Positions 48,940-62,189 of a stretch of 64,000 bases of DNA are shown one piece after another. The position numbers and the translations under genes were made by a program. The DNA comes from Squalus acanthias (lineage: Eukaryota), in the NCBI GenBank assembly GCA_030390025.1, contig CM059432.1, positions 151,034,001 through 151,098,000 on the forward strand, written 5' to 3'. The notes under the pieces are model-generated. The model had not been told where the DNA came from. It saw nothing but the letters and a program-made list of their open reading frames with translations, and made no database searches. Positions within the stretch are counted from its first letter, which is position 1, and each line of letters opens with the position of its first letter.

Positions 48940-50330
48940 CAACCAGATCTCTTCAGCAGCAGCTCGCTGAAGAGGGCTTCAGCTGAACAAGCCCTGTTCC
49001 CCTACTTTAACATCATGTCCAACATCTGTCCTAATCCTTCCAACTTCCAATAAACTGGATTCGCCCAAAGACCAGCATTGATATTCAGATCAGCTACATT
49101 GCAGGTTCACCAGCTACTGCAGGGACAATCTGCACACAAATATTTCAAAAAGGACTATAATTTGCATGCCTTATACAAATGCCTAACACCAATTATCACC
49201 CTGTTGTGAGCTCGTAGAGCCTGTTTTAAATGTTCTCTTCCCTACCGAAGTGCTCCAATGAGGTGCTTCCCCCCAGTGGCAGCTTTGTGGGAGATGGAAG
49301 GCTGTTGCAGCTCGTCAAGGCCTCTCGAGATGTTTGCGGTTTCCAACCTCCAGGAATTCAGGCCTAAGAAGGTGTGGCTGCAGACTGCAGCAACTTGGCG
49401 GCTGCCAGGGGAGTCTGGCATCAGGAGATTTACCGAGGTCCAGGCGGGCTAACATCCCGAGAGAGGGCAACACATTCCCTTTCCATTGCATCGCTGCCCC
49501 TGCTCTGAGGCTGTGGCTCAGCTCACCTACTGATCCTCAGGCAACTGTAAGAGTTCCGTGATCTGACGGAATCCCTGTCCAGTCAGTCCCCCAGCTCAAG
49601 GTGAGAGAGATAGTTCAGTCCAGTATGAGTAGCCCTGAGAGATGTTATTACTGGTGTGATGGACTCCTACAGGGAGGGCCCAGCCGCAGCATCCACTGAA
49701 GTGACCACACACTTCATGGTTGATTGCGGAGTGTCAAGTGCAAGAATCCAACACAAGTTGGCAGTCGACTCCTCCGCACTCTCCAACTTATATTGGAAGC
49801 TCCACGGCAGGCAGTACAAAGCATTGATCAACTGCTGGTGCACAAAAAGCATCTTTCTTTTCAAGGCTGGTCCTCTGAAGTCTGCATCTCTGTCCCTTCA
49901 GCAGAGTCAGGATGTGAGCTTGCCCTCCAGTGAACTATTTCCTGGGCCGTCTTTACCATCGGCACTTGCTCCTGGTCATGTGTACTTGGTGATTCAGGCA
50001 GTGCCGACCCCACAAACTCACTACCTATACCACGCAGGGTGGTGATCACTGTGTTGGCTCTTAGAAGGATGTGCGCGAGTGATGGTGCATCGTTCAGAGG
50101 TTCTCCCCCTCAGTCTGTGCTCCAACAATGCCCGAGTTATCTGATGGACCCAGAAAAAGGGGAGCGTGACAAGGGTTAGCAGTAGCAGATGAGTGGCAGT
50201 GCAATGCACCATCAGGTTGTTAGGTTGAGTGTGTGAGTGAAAGAATTAATTAGGAAGAGAAAAGGATGATGCCTAGACACCCTGCTGTGTGTGGGCTGGA
50301 GCATGGCTATCGCCAATGCTGCATGCCCTC
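48940..50330. mobile_element. Possible very old Harbinger relic
   Basis: YIAGSPATAGTICT near 49095-49138 resembles RIAGFPMVQGALDCTH; the rest is too decayed to confirm. Confidence 0.3.
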
Positions 50331-50344
50331 TCTCTGCCAAAAAG

Positions 50345-50510
50345 AAAAAAAGAAAGACTTGCATTTATGACCTCAGGGCATCTCAAAGCACTTTACAGCC
50401 AATGAAGTACTTCTTAAAGTGCAGTCACTGTTGTAATGTAGGAAACATGGCAGCCAGTTTGCGCACAGCAAGCTCCCACAAACAGCAATGTGATAGTGAC
50501 CAGATAATCT
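50345..50510 (-). mobile_element. Deu-type SINE 3' half
   Basis: Reverse complement of the shared core; ends GACCAGATAATCT at the Harbinger border. Confidence 0.75.
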
Positions 50511-50810
50511 GGGGGATAAATTGGATAAGACCTGTAAACGGGTGCAGGGATCGCGGTGCGCCATTAACCTGTGCCCATTCATTGTGTTACAAGCAGCACG
50601 GTAAATTCAACTGCCTGCTGCTTTATATGATCGCTGCGTGCAGCCAGCGCTACCCACGCTGTTCATCAGCTGCATGCATCAGCAAGGGGTCCGATATCAC
50701 AAGTGCCGAGTGCTACTTAAAGCCAGCCTTCACCTTTTAAAGGGGAGGTGCATTGTGGCTGCTGGAGGTGGTGAGAGTATTTGCAAAAGTGTGCTGTGGA
50801 AGATTCAACA

Positions 50811-52070
50811 ATGGCTGGCCAGGGTAGAGAGCGAGCACCAAGGTTTTCAAACACTGCACTGGAGGTCTTGGTGGAAGAGGTGGAAAGGAGGAGAGATGCA
50901 GGGCGGCAGGAGGCCCTCCAGACAGGTGCTCAGGAGGCAGTGGGAACAAGTACTGACGGAGGTCAATGCCAGGAGTGTTGCTCCAAGAACATGGATGCAG
51001 TGCAGGAAGAAGTTTAATGATCTCACAAGAGTTGTCCAGGTGAGTGAGTTCATCTTCAAATGGCATATCCTACTAACTAACCAGCCTCATCCACTGCTCA
51101 ACCTTTGTCCCTTTTTCATTTCAGAACTGGAGCCATCCCAGTCAGTGGAGGAAGAGGAAGAAGACAGTGAAGATGAAGAGACACCGTCACTCGACCTTAT
51201 ACTCGCAGCCACCAGCTCAGATACTGACACTGATTCTGGCACATACGTATTTTAAAGCCTAGGATAGAGGAGAGACCTGCATGTGGCGAGACACCGGGCA
51301 CAGGTGCACAGGTGTCAGGGAGGGGAAAGGAAAGTGTAGGTGGCAGCTCACCGGAGGGCGAAGTCGCACACTAGTTCTGCCGCAGAGGACTCAGATGAGG
51401 ACTTTGATGGGCCAGGATACAGAAGAAGAATGATGTGTGTGCATAACCGAATGCCTGGTGCACTGGGAATCCTGCCAGAAAGCCTGTGCTCAATGTCAAG
51501 GAGCATGGAGGAGTCCAGCAACAAACTGGCAAAGGGCTTTGCGCAGAGCTTGGAGCCCATCCTTTCCAACATGGAATGTGTGGTCACCTCCCTCAGCACA
51601 CCTGTGGAACCCACCATGATGCAGCGTCTGATAGCGGATGTCACAGCTTCCATTGCAGCACAGTTTCTGTTAAAGGTCTGAATGCTGCACTGAAAGCTCA
51701 GACTGCTGCCATCATGACTCTGGATACCACTGTTCAAAGGGGCTTCCAGGGCATCACAGCAGTCCATCAATCTGTTCTCCAACAGGTCAATAGGATTGCT
51801 GAGGGCCGCCCTGGGAGAGTGGCAGCGTCTTGATGGAGCACGAACTTGCTTTCCCCTCTCAGGATGACAGCATTCCTGCTCCCACCCCTGCCACTGCACC
51901 AGTGCCCTTGCTGTTGCCTGTCAGTCAGCCAGCCCAGACTGCTGCCACCCAAGCCAAGATGGTGCAGTCTGAAGGTGGGTCTTCTAGGCCCAGAGTGGCT
52001 TGAATTCGCCCTCCAAGGCAATCTGCAGTCTCCTCAGTTGGAGGTCAGCAGCCTTCCTTCACTAAGGGAA
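50811..52070 (+). pseudogene. Harbinger Myb-like gene, exon 2 deleted
   Basis: MAGQGRERAPRFSNTALEVL...WMQCRKKFNDLTRVVQ; donor at 51040; next acceptor at 51124 opens an acidic exon-3-type sequence. Confidence 0.8.
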
Positions 52071-52258
52071 TGCACCGAAGTGATTTGTTTATTTCTGTAT
52101 GCAGTATATCATGTTTGAATTCATGAATTTGGATTTGAATGAGCATTTTCTGGTGGTTTTTACTTTTGTGTTGTTGGAAAGAGGATGATGCGATGATCAG
52201 TGATAGAGGAAAGGTAAGGAGTTTGGGACTGTTGGTAAATGGGGAGGTGTGGTTGAGG

Positions 52259-53409
52259 TTACTGGTATCGCTCATTAATTATTTCATCATGTAGAGCCCG
52301 GTCAGAAAGGGGTTGTCTATATTGTAGCCTCTCTTCCTCTTTCTGTTCCTCCACTTCCTCCTCTTTCTCCTCGTGCTTCTGCTCCTCAGCTTCTTGCCCG
52401 AAAGGTGGTGGCAAGGGCTGTTCCCTCACAACGGCCAGGTTGTGCAGCATGCAGCAGACTATCACAAATCTTGATACTGCTCAGCTGAGTGCTGCAAGGC
52501 TCCTCCAGAGCAGTCCAGGCAGCGGAAGCGTTGCTTGAGGACGTCGATGGTGTGCTCTATAATATTCCTTGTGGCAGCATGGCTCTCATTGTAGGCCTGC
52601 TGTACACATGAGTTCCGGACTGGAGTCATGAGCCATGTAATGAGTGGATAACCTTCTTGCCCAGCAGCCAGCCTGTGACTTGCTGTGGTGGTTCAAATAC
52701 AGGTGGCACAGAGAACTGCTGCAGAATGAAGGAATCGTGACTACTGCCAGGTTAACGGGCATTCACCTGCATGATGCGCTGCCTGTGGTCACACATCAGC
52801 TGCACATTGAGGAGTGGAATCCCTTTCGGATTAGGAAAATGGCAGAGTTCACGAGGTGCACGCAAGGCAATATGCGTGCAGTCAATGGTACCCTGCACCA
52901 TGGGGAAACCTACAATCTGTGTAAACCCTCGAGCTTGCTCCGCTTGTCTGTCTCTGGCAAGCGAGAATGAGATGCAGCTGTCTCTCTGTGTATAGAGAGC
53001 CTCAGTGACCTCCCTTATGCAGCAGTGTACTACAAACAGTGAGATGTTGCTTATATCAGCAGCAGCCTGGAAGGAGCCAGATGCATAAAAGTTCATAGCC
53101 ATGGTCACCTTGACAGCCACTGGCAATGTGGTCCTTGCTCTGCTTTGTCGTTGCAGTTGTGGCTGCAGCAGTTGGCAGATTTCAGTCACGACCTCTTTAG
53201 TGAAGCGAAGACGTCTCGAGCATTGGTCACCGCTGAAGTTGAGGTAAGAGAATTGCTCCCTAAAGATCCTCGGCAGATATGGCCTCCTCCTGAGAGCCTT
53301 TCTCCCTCCCACCCCTTCCTCTTCTAGCAGCTTGTCCTGCTCTACGTGGCCTTCTCTACATTCTCCCAGTCATGCTCAATTCCCAGAGGAAGGCCTACCA
53401 GGCCACCCT
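52259..53409 (-). pseudogene. Harbinger transposase pseudogene
   Basis: RRPYLPRIFRE, RLRFTKE, GTIDCTH, HDSFIL, CCMLHNL; stops and frameshifts. Confidence 0.9.
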
Positions 53410-53914
53410 TGTCTGAAAGCACAAGCTTTTAAATGAACAACAACATACTTCAGCAACAGCCAGACCACTCCCTGTAGACTATTGAAACTTTAGCCAAGTA
53501 TAGGAAACCTCCAAAAACATGTACAATTGCAGCAACAGCCAGAAGAAATAATCCAGCAACAAACCGGTAAGTAGTTCATGGTCCCTTTAAGTAGAACTGG
53601 TGGGGGGTCCTTCACGCTGTTTAACATCGTGCTCAGATTTGTGAGGTTAAGACAGGGCATTGGCTGGAGCGTGGCGTTCAAAAATGGCAGCGCTGGCATC
53701 AAATCAGCGTTGCACACTGACTGACGTCACAATCCGGCTGCTCCAAATGCTGCTGGCGGTCATTTGGTGCGTGTGCACACCCCTTTATTAAGATGGCATC
53801 CAGCGCACTTCCAGCGGGAAGTAAGCGCGCGCATATCGGATGCCATTTTCGAGCGTTAAGAGGCCATGGAGAGTCTAAAAAACGGGCGCTACGGAACTCA
53901 ATTCCTCCCCCGTA

Positions 53915-54285
53915 GATTTAAAGGAGGGATATAAAGGTGGAGAGAGAGATGGCGAGGCGATGAGGTTTAGGGAGGGGATTCCAGAACATAGGGCCTAGGC
54001 AGCTATAAGCATGGCCTCCAATGCTGCGGAAGTCTCACAGAGGGTTGTAGGGCTGGAGGAGGTTACAGAGATAGGAAAGGGTGAGACCATGGAGCGATTT
54101 GAACATGAGGATGTGAATTTTAAAATTGAGGTGCTGCTAGACTGGGAGCCAATGTAGGTCAGCGCTCACTGGGGTGAGTGGGACACGGTGCACGTTAGAA
54201 AACAGGCAGCAGAGCTTTCGATGAGCTCAAGTTTATGGAGAGCAGAAGGTGGGAGGCCGGCCAGGAGAGCATTGGAACAGCTGAC
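53915..54285 (-). mobile_element. L2 3'-region fragment
   Basis: Diverged match to 47450-47860. Confidence 0.7.
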
Positions 54286-54479
54286 ACTGGACCGTTTGAC
54301 ACAATCTTTAAAACTCAGTGAAATGATTTTACTTTTTAGCCCATTCAACCCATTAAGACTCATAATGATTCTCAGTAAAAGGCATCCTGCTTGGGATAAA
54401 CCTCCACTGGATTGATGCTGAGTTCACGATCTTTCAGTCGCGACTGTGCTCTCAGTTCAATCTCAGTTCACTCTCAGTG

Positions 54480-57378
54480 CTCTCTGGTTCACTAATGTCC
54501 TTTTGGGAAGGAAATCTGCCGCCCTTACCCGGTCTGGCCGATATGACTCCAGACTTCAGACCCTTAGCAATGTGGTTGACTCCAAACTGCCCAACTGTAA
54601 ATGGCCTAGCAAGCTACTCATTTGTATCAAACCACTAGGAAAAACAATAGGAATGAAACCGGACGGACCACCCGGCATCGACCTCGGCACCGGACTCAGA
54701 CACAGCAAAGGCACACCCAGCCCAGTCGACTCTGCAAAGTCCTCCTCACCAACATCTGGGGACTTGTGCCAAAATCGGGAGAGCTGCCCCAAAGACTAGT
54801 CAAGCAACAGCCTGACATAGTCATACTCACAGAATCATACCTTTCAGCCAATGTCCCGAACTCCTCCAACACCATCCCTGGGTATGTCCTGTCCCACCGG
54901 CAGGACAGACCCACCAGAGGTGGTGGCATCGTGGTATACAGTCAGGAAGGAGTGCCCTGGGAGTCCTCAACATTGACTCCGGACCCCATGAAGTCTCATG
55001 ACTTCAGGTCAAGCATGGGCAAGGAAACCGTGTGCTGATTACCACCTACCGCCCTCCCTCAGCTGATGAATCAGTACCATTTGGAAGAAGCATTGAGGGT
55101 AGCAAGGGCACAGAATGTACTCTGGGTGGGGAAGCTCAATGTCCACCACCAAGAGAGGCTCGGTAGCACCTCTACTGACTGAGCTGGCTAAGTCTTGAAG
55201 GACATAGCTGCCAGCGCAGTCCTTGTGGAGGCGAAGTCCCGTCTTCATACTGAGGACACCCTCCATCGTGTTGTGTGGCGCTACCACCGTGCTAAATGGG
55301 AAAGATTCAGAACAGATCTCGCAGCTCAAAACTGGGCCTCCATGAGGCGCTGTGGGCCATCAGCAGCAGCAGAATTGTATTCCACCACAATCTGTAACCT
55401 CATGGCCCGGCATATCCCTCACTCTACCATTACCATCAAGCCAGGGGACCAACCCTGGTTCAATAAGGAGTGTAGAAGAGCATGCCAGGAGCAGCACCAG
55501 GCATACCTAAAATGAGGTGCCAACCTGGTGAAGCTGCTACATGCATGCTAAACAGCGGAAGAGCATGCTATAGACGGAGCTAAGTGATCCCACAACCAAC
55601 GGATCAGATCAAAGCTCTGCAGACCTTCCACATCCAGTCATGAATGGTGGTGGACAATTAAACAACTAACGGGAGGAGGCGTCTCCATGAATATCCCCAT
55701 CCTCAATGATGGTGGAGTCCAGCAGGCGAGTGCATAAGACAAGGCTGAAGCATTTGCAACCATCTTCAGCCAGAAGTACCGAGTGGATGAACCTACTTGG
55801 CCTCCTCCTGTGGTCCTCACAATCACAGAAGCTAGTCTTCAGCCAATTCGATTCACTCCACGTGATATCAAGAAACGGCTGAGCGCACTGGATACAGCAA
55901 AGGCTGTGGGCCCCGACAACATCCCGGCTGCAGTGCTAAGGACTTGTGCTCCAGAACTAGCCACGCCTCTAGCCAAGCTGTTCCAGTACAGCTACAACAC
56001 TGGCATCTATCCGACAAAGTGGAAAATTGCCCAGGTATGTCCTGTCCACAAAAAGCAGAACAAATCCAATCTGGCCAATTACCGCCCCATCAGTCTACTC
56101 TCAACCATCAGCAAAGTGATGGAAGGTGTCGTCGACAGTGCTATCAAGCGACACTTACTCACCAATAACCTACTCACCGATGCTCAATTTGGGTTCCGCC
56201 AGGACCACTCGGCTCCAGACCTCATTACAGCCTCGGTCCAAACATGGACAAAGGAGCTGAATTCCAGAGGTGAGGTGAGAGTGACTGCCCTTGACATCAA
56301 GGCAGCATTTGACCGAGTGTGGCATCAAGGAGCCCGAGTAAAATTGAAGTCAATGGGAATCAGGGGGAAAACTCTCCACTGGCTGGAGTCATACATAGCA
56401 CAAATGAGGAATGTTGTGGTTGTTGGAGGCCAATACTCTCAGCCCCCAGACATCGCTGCAGGAGTTCCTCAGGGCAGTGCCCTAGGCCAAACCATCTTCA
56501 GCTGCTTCATCAATGATCTTCCCTCCATCAAAAGGTCAGAAGTGGGGATGTTTGCTGATGATTACACAGTGTTCAGTTCCATTCACAACTCCTCAGATAA
56601 TGAAGCAGTCCATGCCCGCATGCAGCAAGACCTGGACAACATTTGAACCACACACGTGCCAGGCAATGACTATCTCCATCAAGAGAGAGTCTAACCACCT
56701 CCCCTTGACATGAAATGGGATTACCATCGCCGAATCCCCCATCATCAACATCCTGTGGGTAACAATTGACCAGAAACTTAACTGGACCAGCCACATAAAT
56801 ACTGTGGCTACAAGAGCAGGTCAGAGGCTGGGTATTCTGCGGCAAGCGACTCACCTCTTGACTCCAAAAGCCTTTCACAAGTCAGGAGTGTGATGGAATA
56901 CTCTCCACTTGCCTGGATGAGTGCAGCTCCAACAACACTCAAGAAGCTCGACACCATCCAGGACAAAGCAGCCCGCCTGATTGGTACCCCATCCACCACC
57001 TTAAACATTCACTCCCTCCACCACCGGCGTACCGTGGCTGCAGTGTGAACCATCTACAAGATGCACTGCAGCAACTCACCAAGGCTTCTTCGGCAGCACC
57101 TCCCAAACCCTCTTCCACCTAGAAGGACAAGGGCAGCAGGCGCATGGGAACACCACCACCTCCAAGTTCCCCTCCAAGTCACACACCATCCTGACTTAGA
57201 AATGTACTGCTGTTCCTTTATCGTCGTTGGGCCAAAATTGTGGAACTCCCTCCAAACAGCACTGTGGGAGTACCATCACCACACGGACTGCAGCGGTTCA
57301 AGAAGGTGGCTCACCATCACCTTCTCAAGAGCAATTAGGGCTGGGCAATAATCGCCCAGATTCCATGAATGAATAAAA
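54480..57378 (+). mobile_element. tRNA-headed LINE family, copy 3 (head missing, longest ORF2)
   Basis: Core CTGGTTCACTAATGTCC... shared with copy 2; APE from ~54740; RT ORF 55783-56646; same 3' region. Confidence 0.9.
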
Positions 57379-57585
57379 ACAAGTGGCTCCTTTACTGCAT
57401 AATTACAGATTTTAAAGGCTCCCTCAGTAACAAAACACATATCGATCGATTATATCCTCGGACTACTAATTTGGACTTATCTTCAAAGCAAATTGTACTC
57501 CCTCACAAATAGTCCCCAAACTAACAGGTTATTTAATGATTCTATTTTAGCAGATTGAATTTTGTGCCTGAGGTATGAGTAAATG

Positions 57586-57844
57586 AGGTTGATTTGGCTA
57601 TGATAAATTGACCCTTAGTGTTAGGGGGGTATTAAATATGTGGGGTTATGGGGATAGGATGGGATATGTTAGGGGGAATTAAATACGTGGGGTTACGGGG
57701 GTAGGGTGGGATATGTGTACTGTGGGGATTAAAGCAGGGACAGGGTACTGGATTTGGATGATCAGCCATGATCGTATTGAATGGTGGAGCAGGCTCGACG
57801 GGCCGAATGGCCTACTCCTGCTCCTAGATTCTATGTTTCTATGT
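57586..57844 (+). mobile_element. 5'-truncated HE1-like SINE
   Basis: Near-identical reverse complement of 36716-36982. Confidence 0.9.
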
Positions 57845-58624
57845 AAAATAAACATACATTGAGAGTGAAAACTGCTTTAACAGCCTGTCTCATTCTTGGT
57901 AACTTAGACCTGAGCAGACAATGATGTTGGATGATTTTAACCAGGTAAATTAGGGTAAATAATTCAAATCAACATGAAATGCTAAGCAGCTGGTAGCAGG
58001 TTAGTTTTATCTGTGAATGATGTTGAAGAACGCGAAGGGGTCGTTGAGTAATGAACACTGTCTTGTTCAGGTCTCACCTCTGTCCCCAGCTTTAATAATC
58101 CTGAAAGACAAAATTTTTCCAGTAATTTTCTATACAGAAATAAATGTTTTGTTAAGTGCTAAAAGCAGCAGCTTTATCAAATTAATAACTATCTGTTTTG
58201 GTTGAGAACTCTAGATGGGATCAACTGTGCTGACTCATCGTAATTACTTTTTCAACACATAATTGCCTGCTTGATTACAATCTGTTTTCAATTAATCCAT
58301 CCCAAAGCAGGACTTATTAGCCACCCACTTCCTTGAACCGTTACTGTCCTGTCATCTCTGAGCTCTACTCAAGCAGCAGGGACATATCCATTAAGCATTA
58401 TACTGCACGTGTGGACTGAATATTGATGGTTCCTTTGTGGTGGGTTATTTCTATCAATAGTGCCACTTCCCTCGGTTCATTTGGCACTAAATTCGTGCCA
58501 GGCTCTGATCTAACTGTTGCTGCATTCCCACTGGTGGAAGATGGCAGCTGGACAGTGGACGCCGCACAATGGAGCCAATCCTCCATGGAGCTGGGGCTGT
58601 AATGGGGTCGAATCTGGGTGGGCA

Positions 58625-60110
58625 GGGGTTGAATTTTGGTGCAGAACCGAGTTATTCCGGGTTTCCATCCATCAAAGTTCCTGGATGATTTGGGGCAGGT
58701 GCACAAATGGGCAGACGTATTACAATGCTGTGCAGAAGCAGGAATTCCATCATTCGACACCCTAACAACACTGGCCACAAGGGATGCGTGTGAATCCCTG
58801 ACATCAATGCCTGCTAAGGGCAGTGGTGGAGACTTAAAATTTAAACGGCTGAGTTTTCCTACTGCAATAGAACAAAGATCGATTGAAGGCAAAACCGACC
58901 TACTTAGAAATAGGCCAATTTTACGACAGGTTTAAAAGCCTCTGTCTGGCAGAGCTGGCTCTCTAACCCTGTGATAAGATACCACAACGTGTTTCTCCCC
59001 TCCTCACCGAAATGGCCAGGTTCCCACCAGATATATACACGCCCCTCGCCCTAGGGGCACTACTGATGGGCAGACAGGAGGCTCACCCCACAGAGGAAGT
59101 ACAAGGACAACATTACAGTTGCACCCCAATCCCAATCCCATTAGAAATAAATACCTCCTTAGGGTATGCGCTTTCATTTTCATCCATTCCCATTTTTGTT
59201 CCCAGGACTCCCCTGCCAGTACCGTGGGAGCATGGGATACTCAACTTCAGGAATTCTGACAGATCATAGGTCCCTTCACAGCGCAACTCAATCCTGGGAC
59301 TTCAATCCAGTGCCAGACCTCTGCAATTCAACCACTATCCAGGGCCCACCTGAATGCTTCCTGCCAAAGCCCGCAAGTATCTCCCTTTGCTATTGAACAC
59401 CATCAACCCCCTTAGTACGTGAGGACTCCCACCAAACCAGGTTAGGACCACCTCCTTCACTCCTGGTGCTGCTAACCTCCAGGACTATCCTCAACACCTC
59501 TACCGTAGTCCTACCTAAAGCCAGAACCATCAACCCTGTTTCAACTAATCTTCGGTGTCACAACCCCTCTCTCCCAATATGTTACCAATGCCCAACGCCC
59601 CACCCACTGCTGCCACACTTGATTAATATTCCCTCCACCATGTCCGAAACAGCAGATACCTACCTGAAAGGTGTATCTTTCCTACCATCTCCTGTACACC
59701 TTGCACTTTAAAAAAGTTAAGATTCAAAAATTAAGCAAGCACGAAGATATAATGCTCATTGGGGCCATTTGATTTATGATTTTCACAGAAAAATGGACAC
59801 TCATGGAATTTGATCCCGAAACACCAGTAAAAGCCTCAGAATATTGAAATAAAACAGTCATTCTCGGACCCTCCATGAGCAAAACCAAATAATATGTTAA
59901 GCCTAGAAATTTGAGTAGGCCGGAAACCTGCTGGTAACAGCACGGGCCAAGGCTAGTGGCCGCCCGCATGAAGAGAGCTGGCAGCACTGCCTGCTAATCT
60001 ACATCAGCGGAGCGGAGAATCTCTTGTGCAACGCACTCTTTCCGGCGTTAACCTCAGCAGGAGGCCAAAGGTCGTGTCTGAAGGATCGGTGCAGCGTTCT
60101 CGGCCAATGT
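58625..60110. mobile_element. Probable non-autonomous Harbinger-type element
   Basis: Left end GGGGTTGAATTTT is TIR-like; C-rich interior; right TIR not found. Confidence 0.3.
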
Positions 60111-60115
60111 GCTGT

Positions 60116-61655
60116 CATAGAATCATAGAAAGTTACAGCACGGAAGGAGGCCATTCAGCCCATCGTGTCCGCGCTGGCCAACAAAGAGCTATCCAGCCTA
60201 ATCCCACTTCCCAGCTCTTGGTCTGTAGCCCTGCAGGTTAGAGCATCCCAAGTGCACATCCAAGTACTTTTTAAATGTGGTTAGGGTTCCTGCCTCTACC
60301 ACCCTTTCAGGCAGTGAGTTCCAGACCCCCACAACCCTCTGGGTGAAGAAATTTCCCCTCAAATCCCCTCTAAACCTCCTAACAATTACTTTAAATCTGT
60401 GCCCCCTGGTTGTTAACCCCTCTGCTAAGGGAAATAGGTCCTTCCTATCCACTCTATCTCGGCCCCTCATAATTTTATACACCTCAATAAGGTCTCCCCT
60501 CCGCCTCCTCTGTTCCAAAGAACACAACCCCAGCCTATCCAATCTTTCCTCATAGCTAACATTCTCCAGTCTAGGCAACATCCTTGTAAATCTCCTCTGT
60601 ACACTCTCTAGTGCAATCACATCTTTCCTGTAATGTGGTGACCAGAACTGCACGCAGTACTCTAGCAGTGGCCTAACTAGTGTTTTATACAATTCAAGCA
60701 TAACCTCCCTGCTCTTGTATTCTATGCCTCAGCTAATAAAGGCAAGTATTCCATATGCCTTCTTAACCACCTTATCTACCTGGCCTGCTACCTTCAGGGA
60801 TCTGTGGACATGCACTCCAAGGTCCCTTTGTTCCTCTACACTACTCAGTGTCCTACCATTTAATGTGTATTCCCTTGCCTTGTTAGCCCTCCCCAGATGC
60901 ATTACCTCACACTTCTCCGGATTGAATTCCATTTGCCACTGTTCTGCCCACCTGACCAGTTCATTGATATCTGCCTGCAGTCTACAGCTTTCTTCTTCAT
61001 TATCAACCACACAGGTGATTTTAGTATCATCTGCAAACTTCTTTATCATACCCCCTACATTCAAGTCTAAATCATTGATATATACCACAGAAAGCAAGGG
61101 ACCCAGTACTGAGCCCTGCGTAACCCCACTGGAAACAGCCTTCCAGTCACAAAAACACCAATCAACCATTATTACCCTTTGTTTCCTGCCTCTGAGCCAA
61201 TTTTGGATCCAACCTGCCATTTTGCCCTGGATTCCATGGGCCTTTACTTTTGTGACCAGTCTGCCATGTGGGACCTTATCAAAAGCCTTGCTAAAATCCA
61301 TATACACTACATCAAACGCACTATCCTCATCGACCCTCCTTGTTACCTCCTCAAAAAATTCAATCAAGTTAGTCAGACACGACCGTCCCTTAAAAAATCC
61401 GTGCTGACTGTCCTTGATTAATCCGTGTCTTTCTAAATGAAGATTTATCCTGTCCCTCAGAATGTTTTCCAATAATTTTCCCACCACCGAGGTTAGGCTG
61501 ACCGGTCTATAATTACTCGGTCTATCCTTTTCTCCCTTTTTAAACAATGGCACAACATTAGCAGTCCTCCAGTCCTCCGGCACCACACCTGTAGCCAGAG
61601 AGGATTGGAAAATGATGGTCAGGGCCTCTGCTATTTCCTCTTTTGCTTCTCTTAA
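60116..61655 (-). mobile_element. CR1 family B, 5'-truncated
   Basis: RT 61586-60729 and C-terminus 60701-60198 are very similar to 41320-42709; (ATAGAATC) tail. Confidence 0.95.
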
Positions 61656-62189
61656 TGGATCATTTGGTGATGGTTCCTGGGTTTTGCTGGGTCAGGAGGT
61701 ATCGAGTCCGTTGATATCCTTTGTAGGGTTGGAGCATTGTGCGTTGTGGCACATTAGGAGGCATTTGTTTGTCCAAGGCTCCCCTCTTACTTTCGCAAAC
61801 ATTTGTCCGAGTCTTGTGTGGGGTCCACAAATGGGTGCCAGACTGCCTGGTACTCCCACCTTCGCTGGCTGCCACAGCTCCACAGATGTCTCACCCAGAT
61901 GGTTGCTGTGTAGAGGTTTGTACTCCAGCATGGTGCTGGAGGGAGAGGGGATGGGACGCACCGTCTTGCTGATAGCAGTGACAGTGCACTAGCCTGCAGA
62001 TCGCAGAGGGCATTCACTCGCTGGTGAGTGGCTCTTAAAGCACAGGCTCAGATCTGGAGGGACTGTGACTGGAAACACCGCATAAAGACTGGCATAGATG
62101 TCCTTAAACCGTTGCATGAGACATCAATGGAAATACATTTTAAAAAAAGGGGAACATGGAGCTCTTGGTCAGCAGTTTACTGGTGTAAA

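Larger units (their letters stand above)
50511..53911 (-). mobile_element. Decayed full-span Harbinger transposon
   Basis: Imperfect TIR GGGGGATAAATTG / CAATTCCTCCCCC; Myb gene (+) and transposase (-) convergent; no matching TSD. Confidence 0.88.

Noticed and set aside
60715..61407. 230-aa + strand ORF and similar antisense ORFs
   Set aside because: Antisense shadows of CR1 ORF2.
62028..62160. RTE LINE C-terminal remnant
   Set aside because: Only a vague resemblance (WKHRIKTG); too weak to list as a feature.
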